Shown piece after piece: positions 28,372-37,443 of a DNA stretch of 64,000 bases. The notes under the pieces are model-generated. The model did no database searches, was not told where the DNA came from, and saw only the letters and a list, made by a program, of their open reading frames with translations. Position numbers and translations under genes: made by a program. The DNA comes from Thermoplasmata archaeon (lineage in GTDB: Archaea; Thermoplasmatota; Thermoplasmata; Methanomassiliicoccales; Methanomethylophilaceae): assembly GCA_015063195.1 (NCBI GenBank), contig SUSX01000001.1, positions 2,937 to 66,936 of the forward strand, given 5' to 3'. Position 1 is the first letter of the stretch, and each line of letters begins with the position of its first letter.

Positions 28372-28995
28372 ATGAAGATTATCGAGGCCTTCAGATCCAT
28401 TCAGGGAGAAGGTAAGTATATCGGTGTACCGACATACTTCATAAGATCTTCCGGTTGCAATCTAAGATGTTCATGGTGTGATACATCATATGCATTTGAT
28501 GGTGGAAAGGACATGTCTTTGGAAGAGATAGTTGCTCTGACCGAATCTGATTATCATGTCTCCATTACAGGCGGGGAGCCGATGATCCAACCTGAATTCC
28601 TGGAACTTGTGGATATGCTGTTGGATGATGGCAAGTTCATTACCGTCGAAACGAATGGTTCCATCGACATTTCTTCAATTGTCGGAAGGGAGAATGTGAT
28701 GATCAGCATGGATGTCAAATGCCCTTCGTCCAAGATGACAGATAAGATGATTTTAGATAATATCCGTCTTTTGGAGGAGAAGGACCAGGTAAAGTTTGTC
28801 ATAGCTGATGAAAAAGATCTGGATTTTGCAATAAAAACGATAGATCAGTATGAACCCAAGGCGGAAGTAATATTCGGTGCCGTAGGTGGGTTGAATCTGA
28901 AATATCTGGCAGAAGAAGTTGTAAGAAGAAAATTAAACGTACGTGTGCTTCCGCAGCTTCATAAAATAATTTGGGGAGATGAGAAGGGCGTTTAA
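28372..28995 (+). CDS. queE: 7-carboxy-7-deazaguanine synthase (radical SAM)
   Basis: FRSIQGEG and CNLRCSWCDT (CxxxCxxC). Confidence 0.85.
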   Translation: MKIIEAFRSIQGEGKYIGVPTYFIRSSGCNLRCSWCDTSYAFDGGKDMSLEEIVALTESDYHVSITGGEPMIQPEFLELVDMLLDDGKFITVETNGSIDISSIVGRENVMISMDVKCPSSKMTDKMILDNIRLLEEKDQVKFVIADEKDLDFAIKTIDQYEPKAEVIFGAVGGLNLKYLAEEVVRRKLNVRVLPQLHKIIWGDEKGV

Positions 28996-29339
28996 TCGCC
29001 CATATTCTCAAATTTTTTCTTCCTTTCTTGTCTTCTCTTAAAGTTTTCAATGCATTCTTCTACGGTTCCGTCTTCATCAAAAGATACAGTGATTCCTGCT
29101 TTGGTCAGGATATCATATCCGTGTCCTCCGATTCCGCCGGTTATGACTGCATCGATGCCGAGTGAAACTATGGCATCAGCCACCTTCATTCCTGCACCTT
29201 CTGCATTGATGAACTCATTCTCTACGACTTCATAGTCCAATGTGTCGTAGTCTACGATGAGGAAGAATGGGGCATGACCGAAGTCCTCACTCACATAGGA
29301 GGTAAGGTCATCCCCATCGGATGTCACACCTATTTTCAT
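28992..29339 (-). CDS. NifX/NifB-C-terminal-like (dinitrogenase FeMo-cofactor-binding fold) small protein
   Basis: DFGHAPFFLIVD and AVITGGIGGHGYDIL pattern. The start is taken at MKIGVTS (29339), immediately after the Mrp stop codon. Confidence 0.7.
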   Translation of the reverse strand: MKIGVTSDGDDLTSYVSEDFGHAPFFLIVDYDTLDYEVVENEFINAEGAGMKVADAIVSLGIDAVITGGIGGHGYDILTKAGITVSFDEDGTVEECIENFKRRQERKKKFENMGD

Positions 29340-29340
29340 T

Positions 29341-30153
29341 TCACTCAACTGTCTTGACAATCTTGTCTACGATCGAGTCGAATGCTTTTGCAGACTCACT
29401 GTCAGGGTGTGAGATTACAACAGGCATTCCGTTGTCTCCTGAGAGTACGATGGCAGGTTCGATCGGTACTCTTCCGAGGAACTGGATGTTGAATTCCTCG
29501 GCAGTCTTCTGTCCTCCTCCGCTCTTGAAGATGTCAGTGACCTCTCCGCAGTGGGGACATACGAATCCGCTCATGTTCTCTACAATACCGATAATCGGGA
29601 TTTCTGCTTCGGCAGAGAATGTGATGGATTTTCTCGAATCCAAAAGTGAAACGTCCTGAGGCGTTGTGACAATGACCATTCCGTCTGCCTTGGGGATGAG
29701 CTGGATAATTGAGATTGCCTCATCTCCTGTACCTGGGGGCATATCGACGACGAGATAATCGAGGTTACCCCAGTTGACGTCTTCGAGGAACTGTCTAATT
29801 GCAGTCATCTTTACAGGGCCTCTCCAAATGACAGGGGAGTCTTTGCTGGGCAAAAGGAATGCCATGGATATGAGTTTCAGTGACGGAGGTACAATGATGG
29901 GGATGAGCATCTCGTTCTCAACATCGAGCTTTTCATCTTCTACACCGAACATCTTGGGGATGTTGGGTCCTGTGATGTCGATATCCATAAGACCAACGTC
30001 ATATCCTTTCTGGTTGAGTTTCATTGCGATATTAGATGAGACAGTACTCTTTCCCACACCGCCTTTTCCGCTCATTACTATGATTACGTGTTTGATCTTT
30101 CCAAGACTTTCCTGGAGCTTGAAGTCTCCTTCGTTTATCATTGGTTTAGCCAT
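29341..30153 (-). CDS. Mrp/NBP35 (ApbC) family Fe-S cluster carrier ATPase
   Basis: Deviant Walker A SGKGGVGKST, DMPPGTGD, and CPHCG cluster-ligand motif. Confidence 0.85.
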   Translation of the reverse strand: MAKPMINEGDFKLQESLGKIKHVIIVMSGKGGVGKSTVSSNIAMKLNQKGYDVGLMDIDITGPNIPKMFGVEDEKLDVENEMLIPIIVPPSLKLISMAFLLPSKDSPVIWRGPVKMTAIRQFLEDVNWGNLDYLVVDMPPGTGDEAISIIQLIPKADGMVIVTTPQDVSLLDSRKSITFSAEAEIPIIGIVENMSGFVCPHCGEVTDIFKSGGGQKTAEEFNIQFLGRVPIEPAIVLSGDNGMPVVISHPDSESAKAFDSIVDKIVKTVE

Positions 30154-30237
30154 GGTGTTTACTTCCTGCGTGAGGTATCTTATCGCCGTTTATAGAACTG
30201 TCGGAACGGATATATTGTGAGTAGTCGATTATGTACC

Positions 30238-30642
30238 ATGCCTTTGGGAGATCCGTGCGGAGGAGAATTCACATACACAGACGAGGGGTTGCCGGTGTGC
30301 ATCTCTGCAGTTACAATAAATGTATCCTCACTGCAGATGTCATATGATTTTTACACAGAGTTGTTAGGATTCAGATTATTCGATAAGGAAGAAGGCAAGG
30401 TCTATCTGAAGAGAGGGGATGCTGTCATCATTCTGAGGAAATCAGAAGATGTAGGAAAAGATACTGGACTGTATTTAGGTGTCGACAATCCCTTCGATCT
30501 CCACAGAAGACTGATTGACGAGGCAGTGATTTTTATCAGAGATCCAATGAACAGTCCGATCGGAGTGTACACAACATTTCTCGATCCTGATAGGAATGTA
30601 ATCAATGCTGTAGATAAATATGGAAAAATGGAAAGACCGTGA
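30238..30642 (+). CDS. VOC/glyoxalase-fold family protein
   Basis: Paired beta-alpha-beta-beta-beta style repeats (FYTELLGFRL..., VIFIRDP.GV..TFLDPDRN). The start is ambiguous (GTG 30217 or ATG 30238). Confidence 0.55.
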   Translation: MPLGDPCGGEFTYTDEGLPVCISAVTINVSSLQMSYDFYTELLGFRLFDKEEGKVYLKRGDAVIILRKSEDVGKDTGLYLGVDNPFDLHRRLIDEAVIFIRDPMNSPIGVYTTFLDPDRNVINAVDKYGKMERP

Positions 30643-30644
30643 GG

Positions 30645-31871
30645 TCAGTTTCCAAGGTTTGATTTTTCGATAGCATCATCGATTTCCTTCTCAAGGTTCT
30701 TGGGAAGGCCTTTGATGCTTCCTACGAGGAATCCTCTGACGATCATTCCTACAGCTTCATCTTCGTTGAGGCCTCTTGACATTAGGTACTCAATCTGGTC
30801 GCGAGCAATCTTACCGACTGCTGCTTCATGAGTCATCTCAACATCTGCTACGGATGATTCCAATTCAGGGATAGCGAGTGTAATTCCTCCATCCTTAAGG
30901 ACGATACTTCTGCATTCAAGGTGGGCTTTTACACCAGGGCAGTTTCCTACAAGCCTTCCGCGTGCAATTATGTTTCCTCCCTGATTGATGCTTCTGGACA
31001 TAATCTCAGCACTCGTGTTGGGTGCGTTCATTATTACTGTACCGCCTGTATCAATTTCAGAACCCTCATGCGAGAGACATATTGTGTTGTAGATGCAGGA
31101 TGCACCCTCTCCGTTAAGGTATGTGGTCGGAGCACTCTGGAGTGTTCCGACAGGATTGAGGATGACATAGTTGTTCACATAGTGTGCATCCTTTCCGAGG
31201 ATTGTTGTGGTCCTGGGTCTGACGACTGTGTCCGATCCCCAGTTGTGGATCATCGAGAATGACAGTGATCCGCCGTCTTTAACGTAAATCTCGGATACTC
31301 CGATGTGAAGTGCGTTCATTGCATGTTTGTCTGTGGTACATCCTGTAATGATTTCCAGGGATGCATCCTCTTCTACGATGACAATGTTGTGCACATTCTG
31401 CATGGTGTTCTTTGACTTGATGAGCATACATGTCTGCACAGGATTCTTTGCTTTGTATCCCTTTTTCACGCGGATGAAATATCCGTCGGAATCCTCAAGG
31501 AATGTTTTTGCTGTGAATTTGTCCTTTTCGGGATCCATTGCGTTCCAGTAATAGTCCTTGACCCAATCGTACTTATCCAGGGCTTCTCTGAGAGACAGGA
31601 GTTCTACGCCTTCTTCGGCTTTATTGGAACAGTGGCTCATTCCGTTGTTGATGAACATGATCGAACCGTCACGGTTTTCATCATCGGTTGTGACTCCAAC
31701 ATCGATCATTGTCTTCTTCAATTCTTCATCCACATCCTGAAGTGAGCTGATTTTCTCAACATCAGAGGATCCGACCTCATAATTGTCAAGGTTGACATCG
31801 GGGCCGTATGCACCTGCTTTCTCGAGTGCCTTCTTTACTCCTGAATGTTCACCGCTCTGCATGTTATGCAC
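30645..31871 (-). CDS. sufB: Fe-S cluster assembly scaffold SufB/SufD family
   Basis: C-terminal beta-helix region with THEAAVGKI..DQ.EYLMSRGL motif; downstream of sufC. Confidence 0.85.
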   Translation of the reverse strand: MHNMQSGEHSGVKKALEKAGAYGPDVNLDNYEVGSSDVEKISSLQDVDEELKKTMIDVGVTTDDENRDGSIMFINNGMSHCSNKAEEGVELLSLREALDKYDWVKDYYWNAMDPEKDKFTAKTFLEDSDGYFIRVKKGYKAKNPVQTCMLIKSKNTMQNVHNIVIVEEDASLEIITGCTTDKHAMNALHIGVSEIYVKDGGSLSFSMIHNWGSDTVVRPRTTTILGKDAHYVNNYVILNPVGTLQSAPTTYLNGEGASCIYNTICLSHEGSEIDTGGTVIMNAPNTSAEIMSRSINQGGNIIARGRLVGNCPGVKAHLECRSIVLKDGGITLAIPELESSVADVEMTHEAAVGKIARDQIEYLMSRGLNEDEAVGMIVRGFLVGSIKGLPKNLEKEIDDAIEKSNLGN

Positions 31872-32590
31872 TCCTTGTATCCTCTTTCTCTGATATCCTT
31901 GAGAAGGTCTGTGGGTCTTCCTGAACAGCGGATTACACCGTTTTGAAGAACGTATCCCTTATCTGCACCGATGTAGTCCAGAATCTGACCTGTGTGTGTA
32001 ATTACCAATGCTGAAACGTGTCTTGAACACTTGGAGTTCTCACATTTGCATTTTTTCTCATAAAGGAGGTTGTGAACCTTCTTTCCGATAAGGTCTATGC
32101 TTTCGAGATCGACTCCGGATTCCGGTTCGTCGAGAAGAACGAAATCAGGTTTCTGTGCAGTAAGCTGCAGCAATTCCGATCTTTTGATTTCTCCTCCGGA
32201 AAATCCGACATTGATGTCTCTCTCAAGGAAATTTTCCATCCTGAATTCTCCGGCTTTGTCAAGAATCGAGCTATCGTTTCCTGCGGTTACCTTCACAAGA
32301 TCTCCGAGTTTCACACCTACGACGTTCGGAGGCCTTTGCATCATCATTCCGATTCCGAGCTTGGCGCGTTCGTCAACCTCCATATCTGTGATGTCAGTTC
32401 CTTTGAAATAGATCTTACCGCTGGTGACAGTACAGTGTCCGTAACCCATAATGGCTGCAAGAAGCGTGGATTTACCAGATCCGTTGGGTCCGAATAATAC
32501 GCATGTCTCCCCTTCCTTGACTTCGAGGGAAACTCCTTTCAGGATTTCCCTTCCGCCAGCCTCGACATGAAGGTTCTCGATTCTTAGCAT
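31835..32590 (-). CDS. sufC: Fe-S cluster assembly ATPase SufC, with extra Cys motifs
   Basis: GPNGSGKST, FSGGEIKR, LLDEPESGVD and ITH. Unusual insert CKCENSKC and C-terminal CITC. Confidence 0.85.
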   Translation of the reverse strand: MLRIENLHVEAGGREILKGVSLEVKEGETCVLFGPNGSGKSTLLAAIMGYGHCTVTSGKIYFKGTDITDMEVDERAKLGIGMMMQRPPNVVGVKLGDLVKVTAGNDSSILDKAGEFRMENFLERDINVGFSGGEIKRSELLQLTAQKPDFVLLDEPESGVDLESIDLIGKKVHNLLYEKKCKCENSKCSRHVSALVITHTGQILDYIGADKGYVLQNGVIRCSGRPTDLLKDIRERGYKECITCRAVNIQE

Positions 32591-32698
32591 TTATACACCT
32601 TGCCGTCACAACGTAAGACCTGTATTAAAAATATTGTAAGGTACGCGCGTACACGTGTTATAATAAGACAGAGGTGGAAGAGGTTTGGGGATTGTATC

Positions 32699-33424
32699 TC
32701 AGAAGAAATAGAATCCGCATCCTTCCTTGGATGAGATGTCTGCAACGGCACCGAGACGTTCGAGAGGGCCGCTGTAGCGCCTTACGGCCATCTTCCCCTC
32801 CTCAGGGAGAACCTCCTGCAGGAGTCTGACCTCTTCTGCCATGATTTTGGCTTCTTCAGGAGTGTATATCTTTCCGTCTTTTGCACCCTCGGGGACGGAA
32901 GCGATGATTTTGCATCCTCTTCTTTCTGCAATCTCGGGGAGCTGACTGTTGTCAGGTCCGAATGTTCCGATGCATCCTCTTCCCTTGTCCCAGGACAGTG
33001 GGCATGATGCACACATTTCGTTCATTCCGTCAAAATCAAGCATGTCCCAACCTGTAAGTCTGTTTTCGGGTTTGGAGAGTTCTAATGCTTTGTTTTTCAG
33101 TTCATCGGATTCGAGTTTATCGAAAACAACCCATCCTGTGTAATTCTTGGTGGATTTGGGTTTAAGAAGTTCGAGATCATCTGCCTTCTTGATTTTGTCC
33201 AGGTATATCGCGTCTGTTTCCTCATTGATTCTGTTTCTTTTGATAAATGCTTCATAGTCTTCGAACAGTGATTTTGCATCATCGAGGGATACGACCTCAT
33301 CATACTCGGCGGCATCGTTGAACAACGATACATCGCTGACAAGGGTCTTGACAATGTTTTTCTTCAATTCGGCACAGGATGCACTGGGCGCATCCTTCTC
33401 ACAAATCGCAATGCTGATACCCAT
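32699..33424 (-). CDS. Hypothetical protein with a C-terminal Cys motif (241 aa)
   Basis: CASCPLSWDKGRGC plus two further Cys. No family recognised. Confidence 0.55.
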   Translation of the reverse strand: MGISIAICEKDAPSASCAELKKNIVKTLVSDVSLFNDAAEYDEVVSLDDAKSLFEDYEAFIKRNRINEETDAIYLDKIKKADDLELLKPKSTKNYTGWVVFDKLESDELKNKALELSKPENRLTGWDMLDFDGMNEMCASCPLSWDKGRGCIGTFGPDNSQLPEIAERRGCKIIASVPEGAKDGKIYTPEEAKIMAEEVRLLQEVLPEEGKMAVRRYSGPLERLGAVADISSKEGCGFYFF

Positions 33425-33580
33425 CTTCTATTCCACCTTTGAATATTACAACTCCCATCGATAGGTTGGCTCTGTCAGCCGACCGGATACGACGGATGTC
33501 TCATTAGGGACTGCATAACCCAATTGGTTTAAACCAATTCCTACAAATCAAACGCTACTTTTCTTAATGATGAGGTACAT

Positions 33581-34081
33581 ATGGGGTTGATGGCGGACAT
33601 CAGGATAAAGAAAAGGAAGAGGATGAGGTCAAAAGAAATACGTGCACTTTCCGAGGAATTGAAGACACTGTTCGGATGTGATGTATTCGGTGAAGACGAC
33701 CCCGTAGACGTGGCCGAAAGCCAGGATTTTAATTTGATTTTTGTCGGAAACGACATTCTCGGTATGATCTATCAGGATAAACCGTTCCTTACTGTGAGAG
33801 GTGTACTGAAATACAGGCCATCAACAAGATTCGTCACTGTTGATATGGGGGCTGTCCCATACGTTACCAACGGTGCAGATATCATGGGCCCAGGAATCGT
33901 GGACTGTGATGACGGCATAGTCGAAGGTGACCTTGTCTGGATCAGGGATGTTAAGAATCTGGTACCTCTTGCAATAGGTGTCGCTCTGCGTGATTCGGAA
34001 GCCATCAAATCCAAAGAGAAAGGAAAGGCCATTCAGACTCTCCACAATGTAGGCGATAAGCTTTGGAAGACCGGTGAATGA
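33581..34081 (+). CDS. PUA-domain RNA-binding protein (pre-PUA + PUA, MCT-1/Tma20-like)
   Basis: C-terminal VTNGADIMGPGI...GDLVWI...PLAIGVAL pattern. Confidence 0.7.
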   Translation: MGLMADIRIKKRKRMRSKEIRALSEELKTLFGCDVFGEDDPVDVAESQDFNLIFVGNDILGMIYQDKPFLTVRGVLKYRPSTRFVTVDMGAVPYVTNGADIMGPGIVDCDDGIVEGDLVWIRDVKNLVPLAIGVALRDSEAIKSKEKGKAIQTLHNVGDKLWKTGE

Positions 34082-34416
34082 TGATGCACAAAAGATCCAA
34101 AGGTTCGGATACGGAAGGATTGGATCGCATTTTCATTGATCTTACGGAAGTGGAACTCAGTAAGAGTAAACGTGCATCATCGGTCAGAGTACTGAGGATG
34201 AACAGTGTGGAAGATGCAAAGTTTATCAACAAAGGGATAGCTCCAAAGACACCTGTAATCGTCGACGGATCCAATTGTACTGAGTCAAAGAAAGAATTAG
34301 TCGATGCGGTACGTTCTTCTGCCAGGGAGCACGGTGCAGAGTTCTATGAGGTAAACGACTGTACCTGGATTATAACTCTCACAGACACCGCCGTACAGGC
34401 AATCAGGAAGAGATGA
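34078..34416 (+). CDS. SepF-like (DUF552) cell-division protein candidate
   Basis: VRVLRMNSVEDAKFI...PVIVD...KELVDAV...WIITLTD resembles the SepF core pattern. ATGA overlap upstream. Tentative. Confidence 0.45.
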   Translation: MMMHKRSKGSDTEGLDRIFIDLTEVELSKSKRASSVRVLRMNSVEDAKFINKGIAPKTPVIVDGSNCTESKKELVDAVRSSAREHGAEFYEVNDCTWIITLTDTAVQAIRKR

Positions 34417-34417
34417 T

Positions 34418-35731
34418 ATGGGGAATCAGAAAATTATTCACGATCCTCTTCATGGAAGCATATCCGTGGACGGCACATTCCTGAAGATTCTCAACAGGCC
34501 CGAACTCCAAAGGCTCAGATCGGTCAAGCAGCTCGGTATGAGTTACATGGTGTTTCCGGGAGCCAACCACACACGTTTTGAACACAGTCTCGGTGTGTAC
34601 CATCTTGCCGGAAGGATGTGCAGTTCACTCAATCTGGAACAGGAGGATTCCGATGTCGTCAGGGCTGCAGCGTTACTTCACGATGTATGTCATCCTCCTT
34701 TCTCCCATACATTGGAACAGAACATGGAATCCGCCACAGGTTTGGATCACATGGAGCTGTCGAAGAAACTGATATTCGGTGATGTTCCTTCATATTACGG
34801 AGACGGTGCTGAAGAATCTATCGCAGAGTTATTGGAATCCGAAGGTATCAGCGCCGTAGATGTTGCCGATCTGATTATCAACCCAACATCCGAATATGAT
34901 GTACTGGATATGTTCACATCGGATAATGATGGGCAATCATTCCTCAACACGCGTGACTATCTGCATCAAATCATACACGGGCCTGTAGATGCAGATCAAA
35001 TTGATTATCTAATGAGGGATTCTCACTATACGGGCGTAAAACACGGTGCCGTTGACATAGAGAGGATTCTGAGTCAATTGAAAATTTGTCATAACAGGAT
35101 TGTCCTTTCAAAGGGAGGTATTGCCGCAGCGGAAGGGTTGATGGTATCCCGTCTTCTGATGTATTCATCCGTATATTATCACAAAACAATCAAGATTGTC
35201 GAATCCATGCTGAGAAGGGCTGTTGAACTCTCTGATATAGATGCTTCTAAACTTTATCTGATGAATGATTACAATCTGATGTCGGAGCTCATGGCTTCAG
35301 AAGGTAAACCGAGAGATCTGGCTCGTTCCATATTGAACCGTGATCTTTACAAGAAATCTGTTATGATCTATTCTGTGGATGCTGATGATGATCTCCGCAT
35401 GAGCCTTTCAAGGTATTCATCAGTAAACGGACGTAAGAGGTTGGAGAATGAGATTGCATCCACCGCTGGAATAGACCCGGAAGATGTGATTGTAGACATT
35501 CCATCAAAATCTACGCTGTTATCCAAAGTCAAGATAGGTAAAACAGATGTTTCGATATTGGACGGAGACAAGGTAAAATCGATAACTAAATACTCGTCCA
35601 TAGCCAAGGCTGTTCAATCCAGGTCTGCGATAGAATGGGTATTGATGGTCTCCTCTCCGGAAGAGAAGAGGGAGTCTGTCAGAGATGCTGTTCTCAGAAT
35701 TTTATCCCTTGACGACTCCGATAGGTCTTAG
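34418..35731 (+). CDS. HD-superfamily (d)NTP triphosphohydrolase-like protein (SAMHD1/COG1078 type)
   Basis: RFEHSLGV, LLHDVCHPPFSH and DADQIDYLMRDSHYTGV. Ends in TAG. Confidence 0.8.
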   Translation: MGNQKIIHDPLHGSISVDGTFLKILNRPELQRLRSVKQLGMSYMVFPGANHTRFEHSLGVYHLAGRMCSSLNLEQEDSDVVRAAALLHDVCHPPFSHTLEQNMESATGLDHMELSKKLIFGDVPSYYGDGAEESIAELLESEGISAVDVADLIINPTSEYDVLDMFTSDNDGQSFLNTRDYLHQIIHGPVDADQIDYLMRDSHYTGVKHGAVDIERILSQLKICHNRIVLSKGGIAAAEGLMVSRLLMYSSVYYHKTIKIVESMLRRAVELSDIDASKLYLMNDYNLMSELMASEGKPRDLARSILNRDLYKKSVMIYSVDADDDLRMSLSRYSSVNGRKRLENEIASTAGIDPEDVIVDIPSKSTLLSKVKIGKTDVSILDGDKVKSITKYSSIAKAVQSRSAIEWVLMVSSPEEKRESVRDAVLRILSLDDSDRS

Positions 35732-37150
35732 ACGTGCAACCTTCCCTGTGAGTCCGCTGTTACAGACCACAGAAACGACCTGGTCGACATCCTTGTATGC
35801 CTGAGGTGCTTCTTCGACCAAACCTTCATCGGAACCGTTTCTGAGAGTAATTCCTTTTCCAGAGAGTGCACTTGTGATGTCAGATGCATTGAGGTTGCTG
35901 GTAGCCTTTCTGGACATTTTTCTTCCTGCGCCGTGACAGGATGAACCGAAACTGTCTCTCATTGCACCGTCCAATCCTACGAGGACATAGGTGCCGACAC
36001 TCATGTCTCCGGGGATAATGACAGGTTGACCGACGCCTCTGTATTTCTGAGTGACTTCCTTTCTGCCTGCAGCGAAAGCTCTTGTTGCACCCTTTCTGTG
36101 GACAAGGACATCGGATCTTTTTCCGTTAACATCGTGTTCTTCCTTCTTTGCGATGTTATGGGCAACATCATAGACAACGTCCATTCCCATACTTTCTGAG
36201 GAATTGCCGAGTACTGTTTCAAAAGACTCTCTTACCCAATGTGTGATCATCTGTCTGTTGGCCCATGCATAGTTGGCACCGCAGGACATGGCTTTGAAAT
36301 AATCCTCTCCGAGATCGGAGTTGAGCGGTGCACAGGCCAACTGTCTGTCCGGAAGGGAGATTTTGTTCTGTTTGATATACTGCTCCATATTCTGAAGATA
36401 GTCTGTAGCAATCTGATGTCCGCATCCTCTGGATCCGCAGTGTACAGTTACAGTGATATTCCCTTCTTTGAGTCCGAATGTTTCAGCTACTTTCTCATCA
36501 AAAACGGATTCAACGACATCGACTTCAAGGAAGTGATTGCCTGATCCGAGGGATCCGAGCTGTGAAAGTCCTCTCTTTTTGGCTTTGTCACTGACGACGG
36601 AACAGTCTGCCGAAAGCATATGTCCGTACTCTTCAGTTACTTCCAGATCTTTCTCCCATCCGTATCCGTTCTCTACGGCCCATTCGGAACCGTTCTGAAG
36701 GATTTCATCCAATTCCTTAGCTCCGAGTTTCTTTAATCCTTTGGAACCTAAACCGGACGGGACGTTTGCATATAAAGTGTCCATGAGTTGGTCCATGTGA
36801 TCCTTTACATCATCATAGACAAGATCTGTCTTGATCAATCTGACGCCGCAGTTGATGTCAAAACCTATTCCTCCGGGTGAGATGGAACCTTCGTTCGCAT
36901 CCACTGCTGCAACTCCCCCTATAGGGAATCCGTATCCCCAGTGGATGTCCGGCATTGCAAGAGAACTGCCTACGATCCCGGGAAGGCATGCGACATTGGC
37001 CGCCTGCTGAGGAGCATTATCCTCCCTGATCTGTGAAATCATGGTTTCGTCGGCGTAGATGATAGCATTGGTGTTCATTCCGGGAATGTAGCCTTCAGGA
37101 ATTTCCCACCTGTTGTCGTCAATTTTCTTTAAAACGCCGTCCCATGCCAT
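35702..37150 (-). CDS. rtcB: RNA-splicing ligase RtcB
   Basis: DIHWGYGFPIGG, GSRGCGHQ and SSCHGAGR motifs. The start is taken at MAWDGV (37150), because the longer ORF runs into tRNA-His. Confidence 0.9.
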   Translation of the reverse strand: MAWDGVLKKIDDNRWEIPEGYIPGMNTNAIIYADETMISQIREDNAPQQAANVACLPGIVGSSLAMPDIHWGYGFPIGGVAAVDANEGSISPGGIGFDINCGVRLIKTDLVYDDVKDHMDQLMDTLYANVPSGLGSKGLKKLGAKELDEILQNGSEWAVENGYGWEKDLEVTEEYGHMLSADCSVVSDKAKKRGLSQLGSLGSGNHFLEVDVVESVFDEKVAETFGLKEGNITVTVHCGSRGCGHQIATDYLQNMEQYIKQNKISLPDRQLACAPLNSDLGEDYFKAMSCGANYAWANRQMITHWVRESFETVLGNSSESMGMDVVYDVAHNIAKKEEHDVNGKRSDVLVHRKGATRAFAAGRKEVTQKYRGVGQPVIIPGDMSVGTYVLVGLDGAMRDSFGSSCHGAGRKMSRKATSNLNASDITSALSGKGITLRNGSDEGLVEEAPQAYKDVDQVVSVVCNSGLTGKVARLRPIGVVKG

Positions 37151-37178
37151 ATTATCACCAGAAATTCGTAATAGAAGG

Positions 37179-37253
37179 GGCCTGGGCCGAGATTTGAACA
37201 CGAGTCAAGGGATCCACAGTCCCCTAGGATAACCAAGCTACCCTACCCAGGCC
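37179..37253 (-). tRNA. tRNA-His (anticodon GTG) with genomically encoded G-1
   Basis: Reverse complement: GGCCTGGG...CCCAGGCC acceptor (8 bp including G-1:C73), anticodon loop CTGTGGA, T-loop TTCAAAT. One T-T mismatch in the T-stem. CCA is not encoded. Confidence 0.8.
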
Positions 37254-37279
37254 ATTACGTTTTCCGTGATTTAGTTATG

Positions 37280-37288
37280 ATAAATAAA
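37280..37288 (-). promoter_or_regulatory. TATA-like box upstream of tRNA-His
   Basis: TTTATTTAT on the minus strand, ~27-35 nt upstream of the tRNA 5' end. Confidence 0.35.
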
Positions 37289-37443
37289 CTTTTGTCATGA
37301 TAGGTGGGCCCGAATTTCGTTTTTTACGTATAATTGACACAAAGTACGGCATATTACAAACCAAATCGGTTTTTTCATTACGGGTGTCTTTTTGTCTGTT
37401 ACCGAACGAATGATTTATTAATAAATTGAGAAGTGCCATAAAC

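Noticed and set aside
37151-37201. N-terminal 17-codon extension of the RtcB ORF, and the 115-aa ORF at 37275-37622(-).
   Set aside because: - The extension overlaps tRNA-His (37179-37253), and conserved RtcB sequence starts at MAWDG.
- The 115-aa ORF spans the tRNA promoter region and the argF 5' end and has no motif.
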